The translations under genes were made by a program, and so were the position numbers. Below, piece by piece: positions 12,039-25,497 of a stretch of DNA of 64,000 nt. Source of the DNA: Octopus bimaculoides (taxonomy: Eukaryota); contig NC_068991.1 in assembly GCF_001194135.2 (NCBI RefSeq), positions 13,145,893 to 13,209,892 on the forward strand. The letters run 5' to 3'. The notes under the pieces are model-generated. The model saw only the letters and a program-made list of their open reading frames with translations. It ran no database searches and was not told the DNA's origin. The first letter of the stretch is position 1. The number at the start of each line of letters is the position of its first letter.

Positions 12039-12681
12039 CTATAATCAACGGACAACAGAGATTTGCCTTAGATAAATTTTGCATACACAGGTAAAACCGG
12101 AAACGAGAAACAGAATAGAGCAAAAACAGCTGAAATATGTGTCTTTCATTTGAGATTTATGTAAGTTCGTCACGGAGTCCATGCTGGCAACACGTTTTGA
12201 ATTCTGAGTGTTTGTAAATAAGTTGTTAAATTAGAATGTACATAAACGTATCTGCTTTTATATTTCGGGTGAACACGACTCTTCATTGCTTGGGTGTTTG
12301 TGCGTGTGTGTATGCAACGTTACATGCATGTCCTAGTAGATGTACATCACCAATTGTGTGAATATATTCATTTAAAGAATCTCGGAGAATGTTTGGAATG
12401 TCTTAAACATTTTTACTGTCGCTAATAGACTGTATTTGAAGTAGGTGTGTCAGTTTCTTAAAAAAAAACCCCGTCTTATAATCAAATTACTTTTAAAACA
12501 AACTTCTAATTTTCTTGTGTTTTGACAGACATTTTCTTGAACAATACTCTGTGCAAAACAAAAAACAAAAAAAAAAGGAATGAATATGGCACTCTAGTTA
12601 TGATACGAACTTGAACTTCTGACTTGAGGCCTCTGGTGAGACTTGGAGTCAACTTGTACAAATACAAGGCAAAAGCCAAAC

Positions 12682-12721
<40 letters not shown>

Positions 12722-13520
12722 TCTTTTCTACTATAGGCACTTTCTACTATAGCAGTTTCTTTCTTTCTTTCTTTCTTTCCTTCCTTCTTTCTTTCTTTCC
12801 TACATCCATTCATTCATTTTGTCTTCTTTCCTTTCTTTTTCATACACTAATCCTCTTCCTATCTCTCTCGCTCGCTGTCTCTTATCATTCCTATACTNNN
12901 NNNNNNNNNNNNNNNNNNNNNNNNNNNNNNNNNNNNNNNNNNNNNNNNNNNNNNNNNNNNNNNNNNNNNNNNNNNNNNNNNNNNNNNNNNNNNNNNNNNN
13001 NNNNNNNNNNNNNNNNNNNNNNNNNNNNNNNNNNNNNNNNNNNNNNNNNNNNNNNNNNNNNNNNNNNNNNNNNNNNNNNNNNNNNNNNNNNNNNNNNNNN
13101 NNNNNNNNNNNNNNNNNNNNNNNNNNNNNNNNNNNNNNNNNNNNNNNNNNNNNNNNNNNNNNNNNNNNNNNNNNNNNNNNNNNNNNNNNNNNNNNNNNNN
13201 NNNNNNNNNNNNNNNNNNNNNNNNNNNNNNNNNNNNNNNNNNNNNNNNNNNNNNNNNNNNNNNNNNNNNNNNNNNNNNNNNNNNNNNNNNNNNNNNNNNN
13301 NNNNNNNNNNNNNNNNNNNNNNNNNNNNNNNNNNNNNNNNNNNNNNNNNNNNNNNNNNNNNNNNNNNNNNNNNNNNNNNNNNNNNNNNNNNNNNNNNNNN
13401 NNNNNNNNNNNNNNNNNNNNNNNNNNNNNNNNNNNNNNNNNNNNNNNNNNNNNNNNNNNNNNNNNNNNNNNNNNNNNNNNNNNNNNNNNNNNNNNNNNNN
13501 NNNNNNNNNNNNNNNNNNNN

Positions 13521-13603
13521 TATTCCCGAGCGTCATACTAATATATACTTTTGTTATTTACACCACCTGTCCTCGTCTGTTGTTATTTTTTGTATAATCT
13601 CCC

Positions 13604-13605
<2 letters not shown>
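13521..13605 (+). repeat. Tail fragment of the repeat that follows the hammerhead-like motif at 34787
   Basis: cccgagcgtcatactaatat...acctgtcctcgtctgttgttattttttgtataatctccc resembles 34840-34915. Confidence 0.5.
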
Positions 13606-13667
<62 letters not shown>

Positions 13668-13771
13668 GTGTGTGTAGGTGTGTATATGTATATATATATA
13701 TATATATGACCGGATTACTTAACTCCTACAATTTTCTTCACTTCGTTTTGCCATATATTTTTATTATTAGA

Positions 13772-14192
13772 TGCAGGCGTGGCTGCGTGGTTAAGAAGTT
13801 TGCTTACCAACCCTATGATTTTAGGTTCAGTCCCACTGTACGGCAGTTTGGGAAAAGTGTTTTTTATTGTAACCCTGGACCGACCAAAGCCTTTGATTGA
13901 ATTCTGTAGACGAAGACTGAAGGAAGTCCTTCGTACACACACACACACACACATATGTGTGTGTGTGTGTGTGTGTCTTTGTGTTGCATCCCCCAACCAC
14001 GCCGCTTGACAATGGGTGTTGGTTTCTTTACGCCCTTGTAACCTGGAGGTTTGACAATTGAAACCGATAAAATAAAGACCAAGCTTCCAAAAAAAAAAAA
14101 AAAAAAGCATTGCGGTCGATTTGTTCGACTTAATTGTTTCAAGGCGGTGCTCTAGTATGGCTGCAGTCCAATAAATGAAACAAATAAAAGAG
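13772..14192 (+). mobile_element. SINE family C, full length, diverged
   Basis: Head gcaggcgtggctgcgtggttaagaag, B-box ggttcagtccc, internal (CA)/(GT) tract, tail gaaacaaataaaaga. Confidence 0.85.
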
Positions 14193-14894
14193 AAAAAGAC
14201 TATCGTTAGAGCGTCAAACAAAACGCCTCGATGTATTTGGTTCAGCTTTTTAGANNNNNNNNNNNNNNNNNNNNNNNNNNNNNNNNNNNNNNNNNNNNNN
14301 NNNNNNNNNNNNNNNNNNNNNNNNNNNNNNNNNNNNNNNNNNNNNNNNNNNNNNNNNNNNNNNNNNNNNNNNNNNNNNNNNNNNNNNNNNNNNNNNNNNN
14401 NNNNNNNNNNNNNNNNNNNNNNNNNNNNNNNNNNNNNNNNNNNNNNNNNNNNNNNNNNNNNNNNNNNNNNNNNNNNNNNNNNNNNNNNNNNNNNNNNNNN
14501 NNNNNNNNNNNNNNNNNNNNNNNNNNNNNNNNNNNNNNNNNNNNNNNNNNNNNNNNNNNNNNNNNNNNNNNNNNNNNNNNNNNNNNNNNNNNNNNNNNNN
14601 NNNNNNNNNNNNNNNNNNNNNNNNNNNNNNNNNNNNNNNNNNNNNNNNNNNNNNNNNNNNNNNNNNNNNNNNNNNNNNNNNNNNNNNNNNNNNNNNNNNN
14701 NNNNNNNNNNNNNNNNNNNNNNNNNNNNNNNNNNNNNNNNNNNNNNNNNNNNNNNNNNNNNNNNNNNNNNNNNNNNNNNNNNNNNNNNNNNNNNNNNNNN
14801 NNNNNNNNNNNNNNNNNNNNNNNNNNNNNNNNNNNNNNNNNNNNNNNNNNNNNNNNNNNNNNNNNNNNNNNNNNNNNNNNNNNNNNNNNNNNNN

Positions 14895-15187
14895 GAGCGA
14901 AAACACCTAAAAGCTCCACGAGGCTCCGGCAGGGGATGGTGGCGAACCCTGCTGTACTCTTCCACCACAACTTTCTCTCACTCTTACTTCCTGTTTCTGT
15001 TGTGCCTGTAATTCAAAGGGTCGGCCTTGTCACACTGTGTCACGCTGAATATCCCCGAGAACTACGTTAAGGGTACACGTGTCTGTGGAGTGCTCAGCCA
15101 CTTGCACGTTAATTTCACGAGCAGGCTGTTCCGTTGATTGGATCAACTGGAACCCTCGACGTCGTAAGTGACGGAGTGCCAACAAAA
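14895..15187 (+). mobile_element. SINE family B, 5' end in gap
   Basis: gagcgaaaacacctaaaagctccacgagg...ggaaccctcgacgtcgtaagtgacggagtgccaaca; matches 18221 and the 46599-47108 pair. Confidence 0.9.
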
Positions 15188-15239
15188 CGACTTAATTCTT
15201 CGAATTTGCTGGCTTTGTGTTAAAATTTAAAACCATAAC

Positions 15240-15455
15240 AAAAGCGGCAAACTGGTTGAATTGCTGACGCGTCAGAGGAAACACTTAAAAGCATGTCTTC
15301 CGGCTCTTCTCATTCTGAGTTCAAACCTCACCGCGTCCAACTTTACCTTTTGGTGTCGATGAAATAGACTACCGGATAAATACTGGAGTCGATGCAATCG
15401 ACTTTCCCCTCTTCTCTTTCTTCCAGAATTGTTGGCCTTGTATCAAAATTAGCAG
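15240..15455 (+). mobile_element. Degenerate SINE family A copy
   Basis: ttctgagttcaaacctcaccgcgtccaactttacc...ggagtcgatgcaatcgact...gaattgttggccttgtatc. Confidence 0.6.
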
Positions 15456-17182
15456 GGATTAAATCTTACCTATTTTTATTCCCTACTTTCATTGCACAAC
15501 GGATCACAGCTCAATGTGTTATGGATACGTGCAGTGTTTCATTTTTTTTTGTTTTGATTTTCCCCCCATTGTACTTAAAAGATTAATCTGCGTAAAACGT
15601 GTGCAGTGTCTAGCACTGATATTTTATGTATGTTTTTTTTTTGTATTATTTGTAATTAAGTCTGCGTTTTTTTGGTTATGTCTTCGTTTGTATCTTTTTT
15701 AAATCATTCCCAAGGCACCTATTATCACAGGGATTGTTTCTGTTTAGACTTTTTCCAATAATCTACTTTACGGAAACAGTCGAGTATGGACGATTACCAA
15801 GAGTAATCTTACGGAATGTTAACTTGGCAAATATACAGATCGTCTGCCTTTACTGAAGAAAACTCCAGGAATTTGACCTGATCTGATTACACACACACAC
15901 ACACACACATACAAACGTGTGTGCAACCATGTTTGTATATACATATATTCATGCATATATAATGCGTACAAAAATTATTTATTATTATCTATATATCTAT
16001 ACATCCCTCTATCTGTCTTAGCTATCTACCAATTTATCTGTTTACTTGTCTACGACTCAATGACTCACGCACGCATATAAACTAACGTACGCGCGCGTAC
16101 GATTCAACTCATCACAGCTCACCTCACTGCACTAAAGAACTTGCTCGTCCATACAGCTCTCGTCTTTCATCACGCTATTAATATATATATATGAAATAAC
16201 GATTTTTCGTGTTTTTTTTGCTGTTCAGTTCTCGCTGTTGACGCGACAGAGATAGGTTGAACTTTCACTGCAGGGTCAGTCTTGATTGCTGAAACATATT
16301 GTCTAGCCCGGTAATATTTTGGATTATTTCGAAATACATATACATCGGACTGTTTCTCTTTTTAACCAACCTCTAACTGGCTTACACACACACGCACACA
16401 CACACACACACACACAACTTCATATAGACATACACATATCTTACATACACGCTCATACACGTAGTTCTGAAGCATTGGGTTTTATCGAGTGTTCTCGTAA
16501 TTATCTGCTTTAGCAGGATTAAATTTCTTAATGCACATGCGCGCGCGCGCGTGTGCGTGTACGTGTGTGTGCGTGCGTGTGGATGTACATATATAAGAAT
16601 GCATGCGTATCACACAAACACACACACACATACACACACACACACACATACCTGTATAGTGTAAAGACAACGAACTTTAAAAAGAACAATGCCCGAAGAA
16701 CAAAGTTTGATAAATATGATGTATTAATTTAACGCTTCAGTGGATAAAGGAAGCATCTTAACGTTTCGGACTATGGCGCTTCATCGGGAAAAAGAAAGAG
16801 AGAAAAGCATAGAAGGAGAGAAAGGGAAATAGTGTATCAAAAAGAGAAAGTGCACAGGAGGAGAACGAAAGATTAAAAACTTGGAAGGAATGCTGTTCTA
16901 TGGGCAAAATTAAGACGGAAAGAAGGAATGGGTATATAGGTGTATGTATCAAAGTGTATCTGCGTTTGGATGCGGGTATAAGAAAGAGTGTGTATGTATG
17001 CCAGAGTGGTGTATAGAAGTATGCAAATGCAGAGATATAGTGGCGTCGTTTTCTGGGGGTAATTTGTGCTGGCATGTGTAGTTGTGAGGCGAATCTTCGG
17101 AATGTGTATGTGATAAAGTATGAGCGTGTGCAAATGTGTGGCAATAAAGATAGTGATAAATTACATATGTAAGCATGTGTTT

Positions 17183-17234
<52 letters not shown>

Positions 17235-17324
17235 CGCGTGCGTGTGTACGTACATAGATATGCATGCACACACACACACAAACATGTGAGTGTATGTGTG
17301 TGTGTGTGTGTGTATATGAAACAT

Positions 17325-17666
17325 GAAGGTGCCTGGCTCAGTGGTTAGAGCGTCGTGATCTCGATCATGAGGTAGTGAGTTCGATTCCGGGACCGGGATG
17401 TGTGTTGTGTTCTTGAGCAAGACTCTTTATTTCACGTTGATCCAGTACACTCAGCTGTAGAAAGGAGTTGCGACGTCGCTAGTGCCAAGCTGTATCGGCC
17501 CCTTTGCCTTTCCCTTGGATAACAATGGTCGGGAGAGGGGAGGCCGGTATGCATGGCTGACTGCTGGTTTTCTATAAACAACCTTGCCCAGACTTGTGCC
17601 TCGAAGGGGAACTTTCTAGGTGCAATCCTATGGTCATTCATGACCGAAGGGGGTCTTTACCCTTAC
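17325..17666 (+). mobile_element. SINE family D, full length
   Basis: tRNA-like head with A-box tggctcagtgg and B-box gagttcgattcc, then tgtgttcttgagcaagac..tttatttcacgttg, tail catgaccgaagggggtctttaccc. Confidence 0.9.
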
Positions 17667-18220
17667 CGTCTATGAAACAGACACACAGTTATAGTACATA
17701 GCTTCAGTACAGTTTCTTTCTATCAATTTTTTCAGCTCGAGCCTACAGTAGATTACATACTTCCAATGTTCCGCGTAGCGGGATCGAACGTAGAACATCG
17801 TGGAAATGAAGTAAATTTCTTACAAATGCATCCATGTTTGCGTCCAAACTATGTAAAATTTCTTTTAAACATACGATAGTGAAAACTCCGCAAAACATCA
17901 GTTTTAAATTAATATCTTTTAAAGGATCCTACGTACGTCTTAATTAAGCCCTTCTGTTTTGTTCAGAGCAATATATTTCGTATGCCTAGCGACATGTCAA
18001 AACTTTCCTGCTCTTATCTCTCCGAGAAAATTTTTTTAGTGGCAGATCATAAAAAATAAATACATAATCACACACACACACACACAAAGCGCTAACACAC
18101 TATCTTAAAGATCGCGTTTCGTTAGTCATGTAGGCTTTTACATAGAGAGGTTATCCAGTGCATATTTTTGCATATTAATAATGAAAAAAAAATTACTCAA
18201 TGCACCAAGTTCACACACAC

Positions 18221-18519
18221 AGCTGAGCATTCCACAGACACGTGTACCCTTAACGTAGTTCTCGGGGGATATTCAGCGTGACACGGAGTGTGACAAGGCT
18301 GACCCTTTGAATTACAGGCACAACAGAAACAGGAAGTAAGAGTGAGAGAAAGTTGTGGTGAAAGAGTACAGCAGGGTTCGCCACCATCCCCTGCCGGAGC
18401 CTCGTGGAGCTTTAGGTATTTTTCGCTCAGTAAACACTCACAACGCCCGGTCTGGGAATCGAAACCGCGATCCTATGACCACGAGTTCGCTGCCCTAACC
18501 ACTGGGCCATTGCGCCTGC
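18221..18519 (-). mobile_element. SINE family B, 3'-truncated
   Basis: Head gcaggcgcaatggcccagtggttagggcagcg and B-box ggtttcgattccc on the minus strand. Confidence 0.9.
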
Positions 18520-19135
18520 ACTCCCAACATCATACTTCATCGTATCTTCACATCTGTCAGGGGCCACACCTTCTAAACCTCTTCTTTCTCAATGTCCCCC
18601 CTCCATCTCTTGTAATCTTTCCCTCTTCTTCCCCCAGTTTCCCCTTATCGTCTACCTTTTTTATCATTCCTTTCGCTATGCTAATGACTTGTATATATTT
18701 CTGCGTTTCGCACTTGAGTTTTATAGGAATGCTTTTTTATATTCCCATAAAGTATATGCACAGACATTGATTAGTGGAAGAAGACGAAATAGAAGATGAT
18801 GAAGAAGAAGAAGAAGAAGAAGAAGAAGAAGAAGAAGAAGAAGATGACGGTGGTGATAACGAATGGTGATAATGATGGTAATGAAGAACAAGTATATAAA
18901 AAAAAAATCCAACATAGTAAGATAGGAAGGAAGATTGAAAAAAAAATGAAGGGAAGAAAATGTTTGTTTGTGTGTGTGTGTGTAAAAATAAGAGATAAGT
19001 GAGTCGTAATTTAGAATTTTTAAGATGTTCGTTTTTTTAAGTGGTTATTCTGTCAATCTGTCGTTCCTTCTGTTGTTTATATGTATACTTGTATCTGTGT
19101 CCGAGTATATATATATATATACATACATACATACA

Positions 19136-19190
<55 letters not shown>

Positions 19191-21063
19191 NNNNNNNNNN
19201 NNNNNNNNNNNNNNNNNNNNNNNNNNNNNNNNNNNNNNNNNNNNNNNNNNNNNNNNNNNNNNNNNNNNNNNNNNNNNNNNNNNNNNNNNNNNNNNNNNNN
19301 NNNNNNNNNNNNNNNNNNNNNNNNNNNNNNNNNNNNNNNNNNNNNNNNNNNNNNNNNNNNNNNNNNNNNNNNNNNNNNNNNNNNNNNNNNNNNNNNNNNN
19401 NNNNNNNNNNNNNNNNNNNNNNNNNNNNNNNNNNNNNNNNNNNNNNNNNNNNNNNNNNNNNNNNNNNNNNNNNNNNNNNNNNNNNNNNNNNNNNNNNNNN
19501 NNNNNNNNNNNNNNNNNNNNNNNNNNNNNNNNNNNNNNNNNNNNNNNNNNNNNNNNNNNNNNNNNNNNNNNNNNNNNNNNNNNNNNNNNNNNNNNNNNNN
19601 NNNNNNNNNNNNNNNNNNNNNNNNNNNNNNNNNNNNNNNNNNNNNNNNNNNNNNNNNNNNNNNNNNNNNNNNNNNNNNNNNNNNNNNNNNNNNNNNNNNN
19701 NNNNNNNNNNNNNNNNNNNNNNNNNNNNNNNNNNNNGAGGAGGAGGAGGAGGAGGAGGAGGAAGGGGAGGCAGAAGAGAATATGCATAAACCGTCTGGAT
19801 GTAATTCTAAAAATATCACCATAGTTGTTTTCTTCTTTCAACTCTTTTCTTTTTGTAGGGTCTTCTTTTAATCTCTCTTTCCTTCTCACATCATCTTCTC
19901 CCCCCACTCCCCGTCTCTGTCTCTCTAACTGTCTCTCTTTCTCTTTCTCATCCTAATTTATTATACCAGTAACTCCTATCCACTAAACACGGAGTCAATC
20001 TTCAGATAGGTAAATAAATAAATGAGTAAATAAAGAAATAAAATAAAAATGGGAAAATACAGCAAAAATGCAAAAAAAAGTAATAATAAAGACAAAACAA
20101 ACAAATAAACGTCTGTATTTCATTGAAAATAAAAATAAAGTCAAAACAACGACTCTAGACAAATACTCCACATTACAACGTTCATACACATGCATACGCG
20201 CGCACACACACACATATATATACATATATACACACAGGTGTTAAGGCGCATACTAGAGAAGTACAATGCATTCCCTTGAGTTTTGCAGCCGAAGTTCATA
20301 TTTCTCAGAAGAAAACTCAGTAGGTTCATAACAGGCTAAATTAGAATATTATCTAGGGCAACGACAAAAGCCTGCACAGAAACCACCACCCACCAGGAAC
20401 CCCCAAACAAAGCAAAACATTCAACATAATTAAACACCCGCAAAAGACAAAGCCACATANNNNNNNNNNNNNNNNNNNNNNNNNNNNNNNNNNNNNNNNN
20501 NNNNNNNNNNNNNNNNNNNNNNNNNNNNNNNNNNNNNNNNNNNNNNNNNNNNNNNNNNNATACAGAAAGAGAGAGAGAGAATATTATCGAGAAAGAGGGA
20601 GATGTAGATAGTAATAATGAGGTCGAATATTGGTTAATTTACGCAGCGAAGGCTTGCTTATTTGGCAGTGTTAGCAAGCGTGGCTAAGAACTTGCGAATA
20701 GCACCAATACCTATGAACGCCTTTTGGTTAGAAAAAACGCTCACGCGTATGTAATGATTACTTTGACAACTTGCAAGATGAAACTTGGTTTTACAACTTG
20801 GATATTTTATTTGTTTGTTTATTTATTTATTTACTATTACCCTGCTGTTTGATCCCTAACACCTGCCTTCAGATTAACGGAAAACGTAAACAAATCTGTT
20901 TTTAATGTGCGTTTCTCTAGGTTGTGTGTGTACGCACAAACATACACATACNNNNNNNNNNATATATATATATATATATATATATATGCGTGTATGTGTG
21001 TGTGTGTATTCATGTGTGTGTATATATATATATTTAGGTATCTGTATTCTATTATATATATGT

Positions 21064-21097
<34 letters not shown>

Positions 21098-21510
21098 CAC
21101 GTTTATGGGTGTGTGTGTATTCATATATATATATATGTATCTATACACATATATATGTGAATGTATACATACATATGTGTGTGTGTGTGTGCATATATGA
21201 AGAGTAAGTCGGGAAGTTTGAGAGTTGAATATATATTTCTTCATCTAACCACGTGACTTCCACACAATCACGGCCATTTCGCAGCCTTCACCATGCAGTA
21301 TTAATTCAGTATGCAAGAAATTATGTGTACAGATTTGTATTAATATGCATACTCAGCATCATACAACACGATTGTATATTCACAAATTAATGCAACTAAA
21401 GAAAGCTAGCTCATCAGATCATCATAGTCTACCCATCACAGAATAATTTTTATTGCTGGGATTTTCTGGATTTTCAGCGACACAGATTATTGCTATTACA
21501 CTATTTTGTA

Positions 21511-21960
21511 TTAGGTCGTCAAGTATGAAATTTGTAGAAAATACAAGGAATGGTTTTATTCATCAAAGTATGCACCCACTTTTGCCATTTCAGCGGTAGC
21601 TTGTCCAACCCGGAACTGTAAAAGCTTGGCAGTCTAGAATCAATAAAATCTTGGAACGCCTGTCTTACAGCGTCGTCGGAATTAAAATTTTTTCCTATCA
21701 AAAAGTTATCCAAATTCAAGAAAAAGTAGTAGTTAGTGGGGACAAGACCAGGCGAGTATGATGGATGATGGAGAATTTCCAACTCCGACTTCTGTAGCTT
21801 CGCCAATGTCATTTTTGCGATGTGTGGTCTGGCGTTGTCTTGCAATAAAATAGGAGTGGATCTGTTGACTAATCTAGGCTGTTTTTTTTTTGTAAGTTTC
21901 TGCATCATTTGGTCCAGTTGGCCGCAATATACTTCAGCCGTGATTGGAGCAATATCGGGT
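21511..21960 (-). pseudogene. Truncated mariner transposase (C-terminal catalytic half) with 3' TIR
   Basis: ORF 21519-21980 has ILLQDNARPH and HPSYSPGLVPTNYYFF (cf. YSPDLAPSDY, catalytic D lost); a deletion shifts the natural GAYFDE* end out of frame; TA plus TIR ttaggtcgtcaagtatgaaat at 21509; 5' half absent. Confidence 0.9.
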
Positions 21961-21961
21961 A

Positions 21962-22094
21962 TAACCAGCCGAAACTGCAAGGATAATCTGGATCTCGACT
22001 GAAGAAAGAAAACTCCGAATGACCTGTCCGTGTCTTCTTTGTATCGTCCATCTGGATGTTTTGTCCCTTTCTTGTATCACCTAAATGTCTGGAT
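21962..22094 (+). repeat. Unclassified dispersed repeat, second copy at 25932-26087
   Basis: taaccagcc.aaa.tgcaaggataatctggatctcgactgaaga.agaaaactccgaat.acctgtccgtgt...cttgtatcacctaaatgtct shared; both copies follow TA. Confidence 0.85.
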
Positions 22095-22769
22095 NNNNNN
22101 NNNNNNNNNNNNNNNNNNNNNNNNNNNNNNNNNNNNNNNNNNNNNNNNNNNNNNNNNNNNNNNNNNNNNNNNNNNNNNNNNATATTTATGTGTATTTCTT
22201 CTATCTTAATGAATAAAAATTCTTCTGATAGAATAAATGGGTTAATAGAAACCAATGTAGCAAAGAACACAAAATAACTGTGGTTTAGTTCCTGTTTTTA
22301 AGGCAGGAACTCCTTGAAATTTTGGGTATTTGAGTATATTTAAGAATTTAAGGATTGGAGAAAACGCATGTTATAATTGCATACTTTATTCCTACATATG
22401 TTTCAAAGGATTACAACCTGTGTGATCCATATATATATATGTATATGCCAATAAGTCTTACAATCACAGAAACTGAACAGAGTACATATGATCAACTTGT
22501 CTGTCTTCTTGAAGTTATAACTCACTAGACGTATTCAACTCAACGAACAATTATAAAAATAATAAATAACTCGGCGTTAAGAGAAGAAATAAAATGTTAC
22601 ACGAGAATTACTATCAATTTCGTATATTTATATCTGTGTATATATATGTAGACATATATATCTACATATAAATACATGAATATTCAGATCAGGTTACAGG
22701 CCAAAATGGGATGCCGTGTTCTGCATAATGTCTTTTATTTCGTATGCGATCCAGGCTGTGGGCGGCAGT

Positions 22770-23450
22770 GATGGCTGTTGCTGCTGTTGTTGATGTGGTG
22801 GCGGTGGTGGTAGTGGCGGAGGAAGCTTGTGATGTTGGAGGCTGGTGGCGATGGAGGTTGGTGGAAGCGGTGTAAGAAGCTGGTGGTGGAGGTGGAAGAT
22901 GGTAGGTGGTGGTGGTATTGGTGGTGGTGGCAGCGGTTGCTGATAGTTGAGGGCGGCGGAGGAGATTCGTGGCAGAGATGGTTGGTGGCGGTGTAGCGAC
23001 GGTGTATTATTGTGGGGCTGAATACTGGTGGCGGTGGCGGAGACCAGTGCTGAGGGTAGAAGCTAGTGGTGGTGGTGGTGGCGGTTGGAGGCTTGTGATG
23101 GCGGTGGTTGGCGATGCCAGTTATTGTTCGTGGTGGTGGTGGTGGTGGCGAGGACAGAAACTGGCAGAGGTAGAACCTGTTGGTGGCGAAGCTGGCGGCG
23201 GTTGTTGTTCATGTCGTTGTTGTTGTTGTTGGTGGTGGTGGTGTTGGAATTAGCGTCGTGTTATGGTTGCGTCGAACAAACTGAATAACATTTGGTAAAG
23301 TGGTGCAATAGAGATGGAAGATGGGTGGGGGATTGGTGTGGCTTACTGGTGTAGGATTGTGATTACGGTGGCAGATTGGTGTCGGTGATGGCGGCGATGC
23401 TGGTAGAGGCGGTGGTTGTGTAAGTATGCTGGATGGATCGGTGATGGAAT
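22770..23450. repeat. Cryptic (GGT/GGC/GTT)n low-complexity tract
   Basis: Dense interrupted ggtggt repeats. Confidence 0.85.
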
Positions 23451-23499
23451 TTAGATATGCAGCTTGATTTACGACGGAGGATTAGGCGCCATGAAGTGT

Positions 23500-23738
23500 T
23501 TGCCCTCCTCCTCCTCCTCCTCACACTACCGTCACTTCTTCCCCCTCCTCCTCAGTCTGTTCCTGCCTTTTTCTTATTTCTGTCATCATCATCATCTTTT
23601 ACTTCCTCCTTTTTCTCTTCTCTTCCCTTATCCTCCTCCTCGTCTTTTTATACTTCCCCTTTTTTCTATTCTTCTTCTTCCACTTCTTCTTCTTCTTCCA
23701 CTTCTTCTTCTTCTTCCACTTCTTCTTCTTCTTCTTCC

Positions 23739-23769
<31 letters not shown>

Positions 23770-23930
23770 CTTCTTCTTCTTCTTCTTCTTCATCGTTTTC
23801 TTCTTCTTCTTCTTCTTCTTCTTCTTCTTCTTCTTCTTCTTCTTCTTCTTCTTGTTTTCTCCCTACCTCCTCTCATTTCTTCTTACTTCCTCTCCTTTCT
23901 TACTTCTCCCTCTCCCCCTTTTCCCGCCTT
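23500..23930. repeat. Polypyrimidine (TCC)/(TTC)n tract with higher-order (TTC)4-6 CAC units
   Basis: Direct reading of 23670-23855. Confidence 0.9.
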
Positions 23931-24732
23931 TCTGTTGTACCTGCTGTTAATTACGCCGCCCTTGATAGAACATAACCGCGAGGTTAATTGTCAGAATAGG
24001 GCGACGGCAGAATCAGCAACACTACCATTATCAGCAGCAGCTGTGCCGTTGCTCATTCCTGGGTTAGCGCCCTGATTGAGTACATCTATGACCAATGGCA
24101 TTCCAGTTATCACAATCACGTTGTCATTCGTTTTGTTGGTGAGACGCCACCTTCATCTTAATCAAGCAGTCTATACTGGTTGTGAAATTTTACTGGTTTC
24201 AATCACTGACTTGCGGCCATGCTGGGGCACCGCCTTGAAGGGTTTCAGTCAAACAAATCAAGCCTAGTATTTATATATTTTAGAGCCGAGTACTCTATCG
24301 GTCATTTTTGGCATACCGCTATGTCACGGAGACGTTAGAGGAGCAACGTCAGTTGTCAAATGATTGGGAGACAAACACAGACACAAAAACTGACTGACTG
24401 ACTGACTAATTGATTCATTCACTGACTCACTTACTCACTGACTCACTGACTCACAGACTCACTCACACAATGTCGAATATTCAGTTATTGGAGCAACAGG
24501 ACTACTTACTCATTGAATTAGATATAAGAAAACCCTTCAGTCATGACTGAGAAATGGGATTGAACTTAGAAAGTTAGTCTCCGAGGCACAAGTCCGAGCA
24601 AGATTGTTTGTGCATATATATATATATGCAAACAAACATGTATTTCCTATATACGTATGTATGTATATGCATGTTTGTGTGTAGGCACATTTACACGTGT
24701 ATGCACATATATACTTATATACTGTGTGTTTG

Positions 24733-24779
<47 letters not shown>

Positions 24780-25437
24780 TTAGGGAAAATAACCAATTTT
24801 CAAGAACTAATCGATGAAAATCCACTATCACATATAGAAAAATTAATAATTAAAAGCACAATAAATGAGTATAATATAAAGTAAAGTAAATATCATAAGA
24901 TAAATATAATAAAAAGATTACACGTGTTTCATAACCAATTTTCAAATAGAAAAGAAATTTAAANNNNNNNNNNNNNNNNNNNNNNNNNNNNNNNNNNNNN
25001 NNNNNNNNNNNNNNNNNNNNNNNNNNNNNNNNNNNNNNNNNNNNNNNNNNNNNNNNNNNNNNNNNNNNNNNNNNNNNNNNNNNNNNNNNNNNNNNNNNNN
25101 NNNNNNNNNNNNNNNNNNNNNNNNNNNNNNNNNNNNNNNNNNNNNNNNNNNNNNNNNNNNNNNNNNNNNNNNNNNNNNNNNNNNNNNNNNNNNNNNNNNN
25201 NNNNNNNNNNNNNNNNNNNNNNNNNNNNNNNNNNNNNNNNNNNNNNNNNNNNNNNNNNNNNNNNNNNNNNNNNNNNNNNNNNNNNNNNNNNNNNNNNNNN
25301 NNNNNNNNNNNNNNNNNNNNNNNNNNNNNNNNNNNNNNNNNNNNNNNNNNNNNNNNNNNNNNNNNNNNNNNNNNNNNNNNNNNNNNNNNNNNNNNNNNNN
25401 NNNNNNNNNNNNNNNNNNNNNNNNNNNNNNNNNNNNN

Positions 25438-25497
<60 letters not shown>

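Noticed and set aside
19968-20007. 40-nt segment with a long pyrimidine tract and a TAG|gtaaat donor
   Set aside because: All three frames contain or end in a stop; not supportable as a coding exon
21995-22035. ctgaaga..aaaactccgaat as a hammerhead (also about 25968-26000)
   Set aside because: GAAU instead of GAAA, no NUH triplet in register and no stem I
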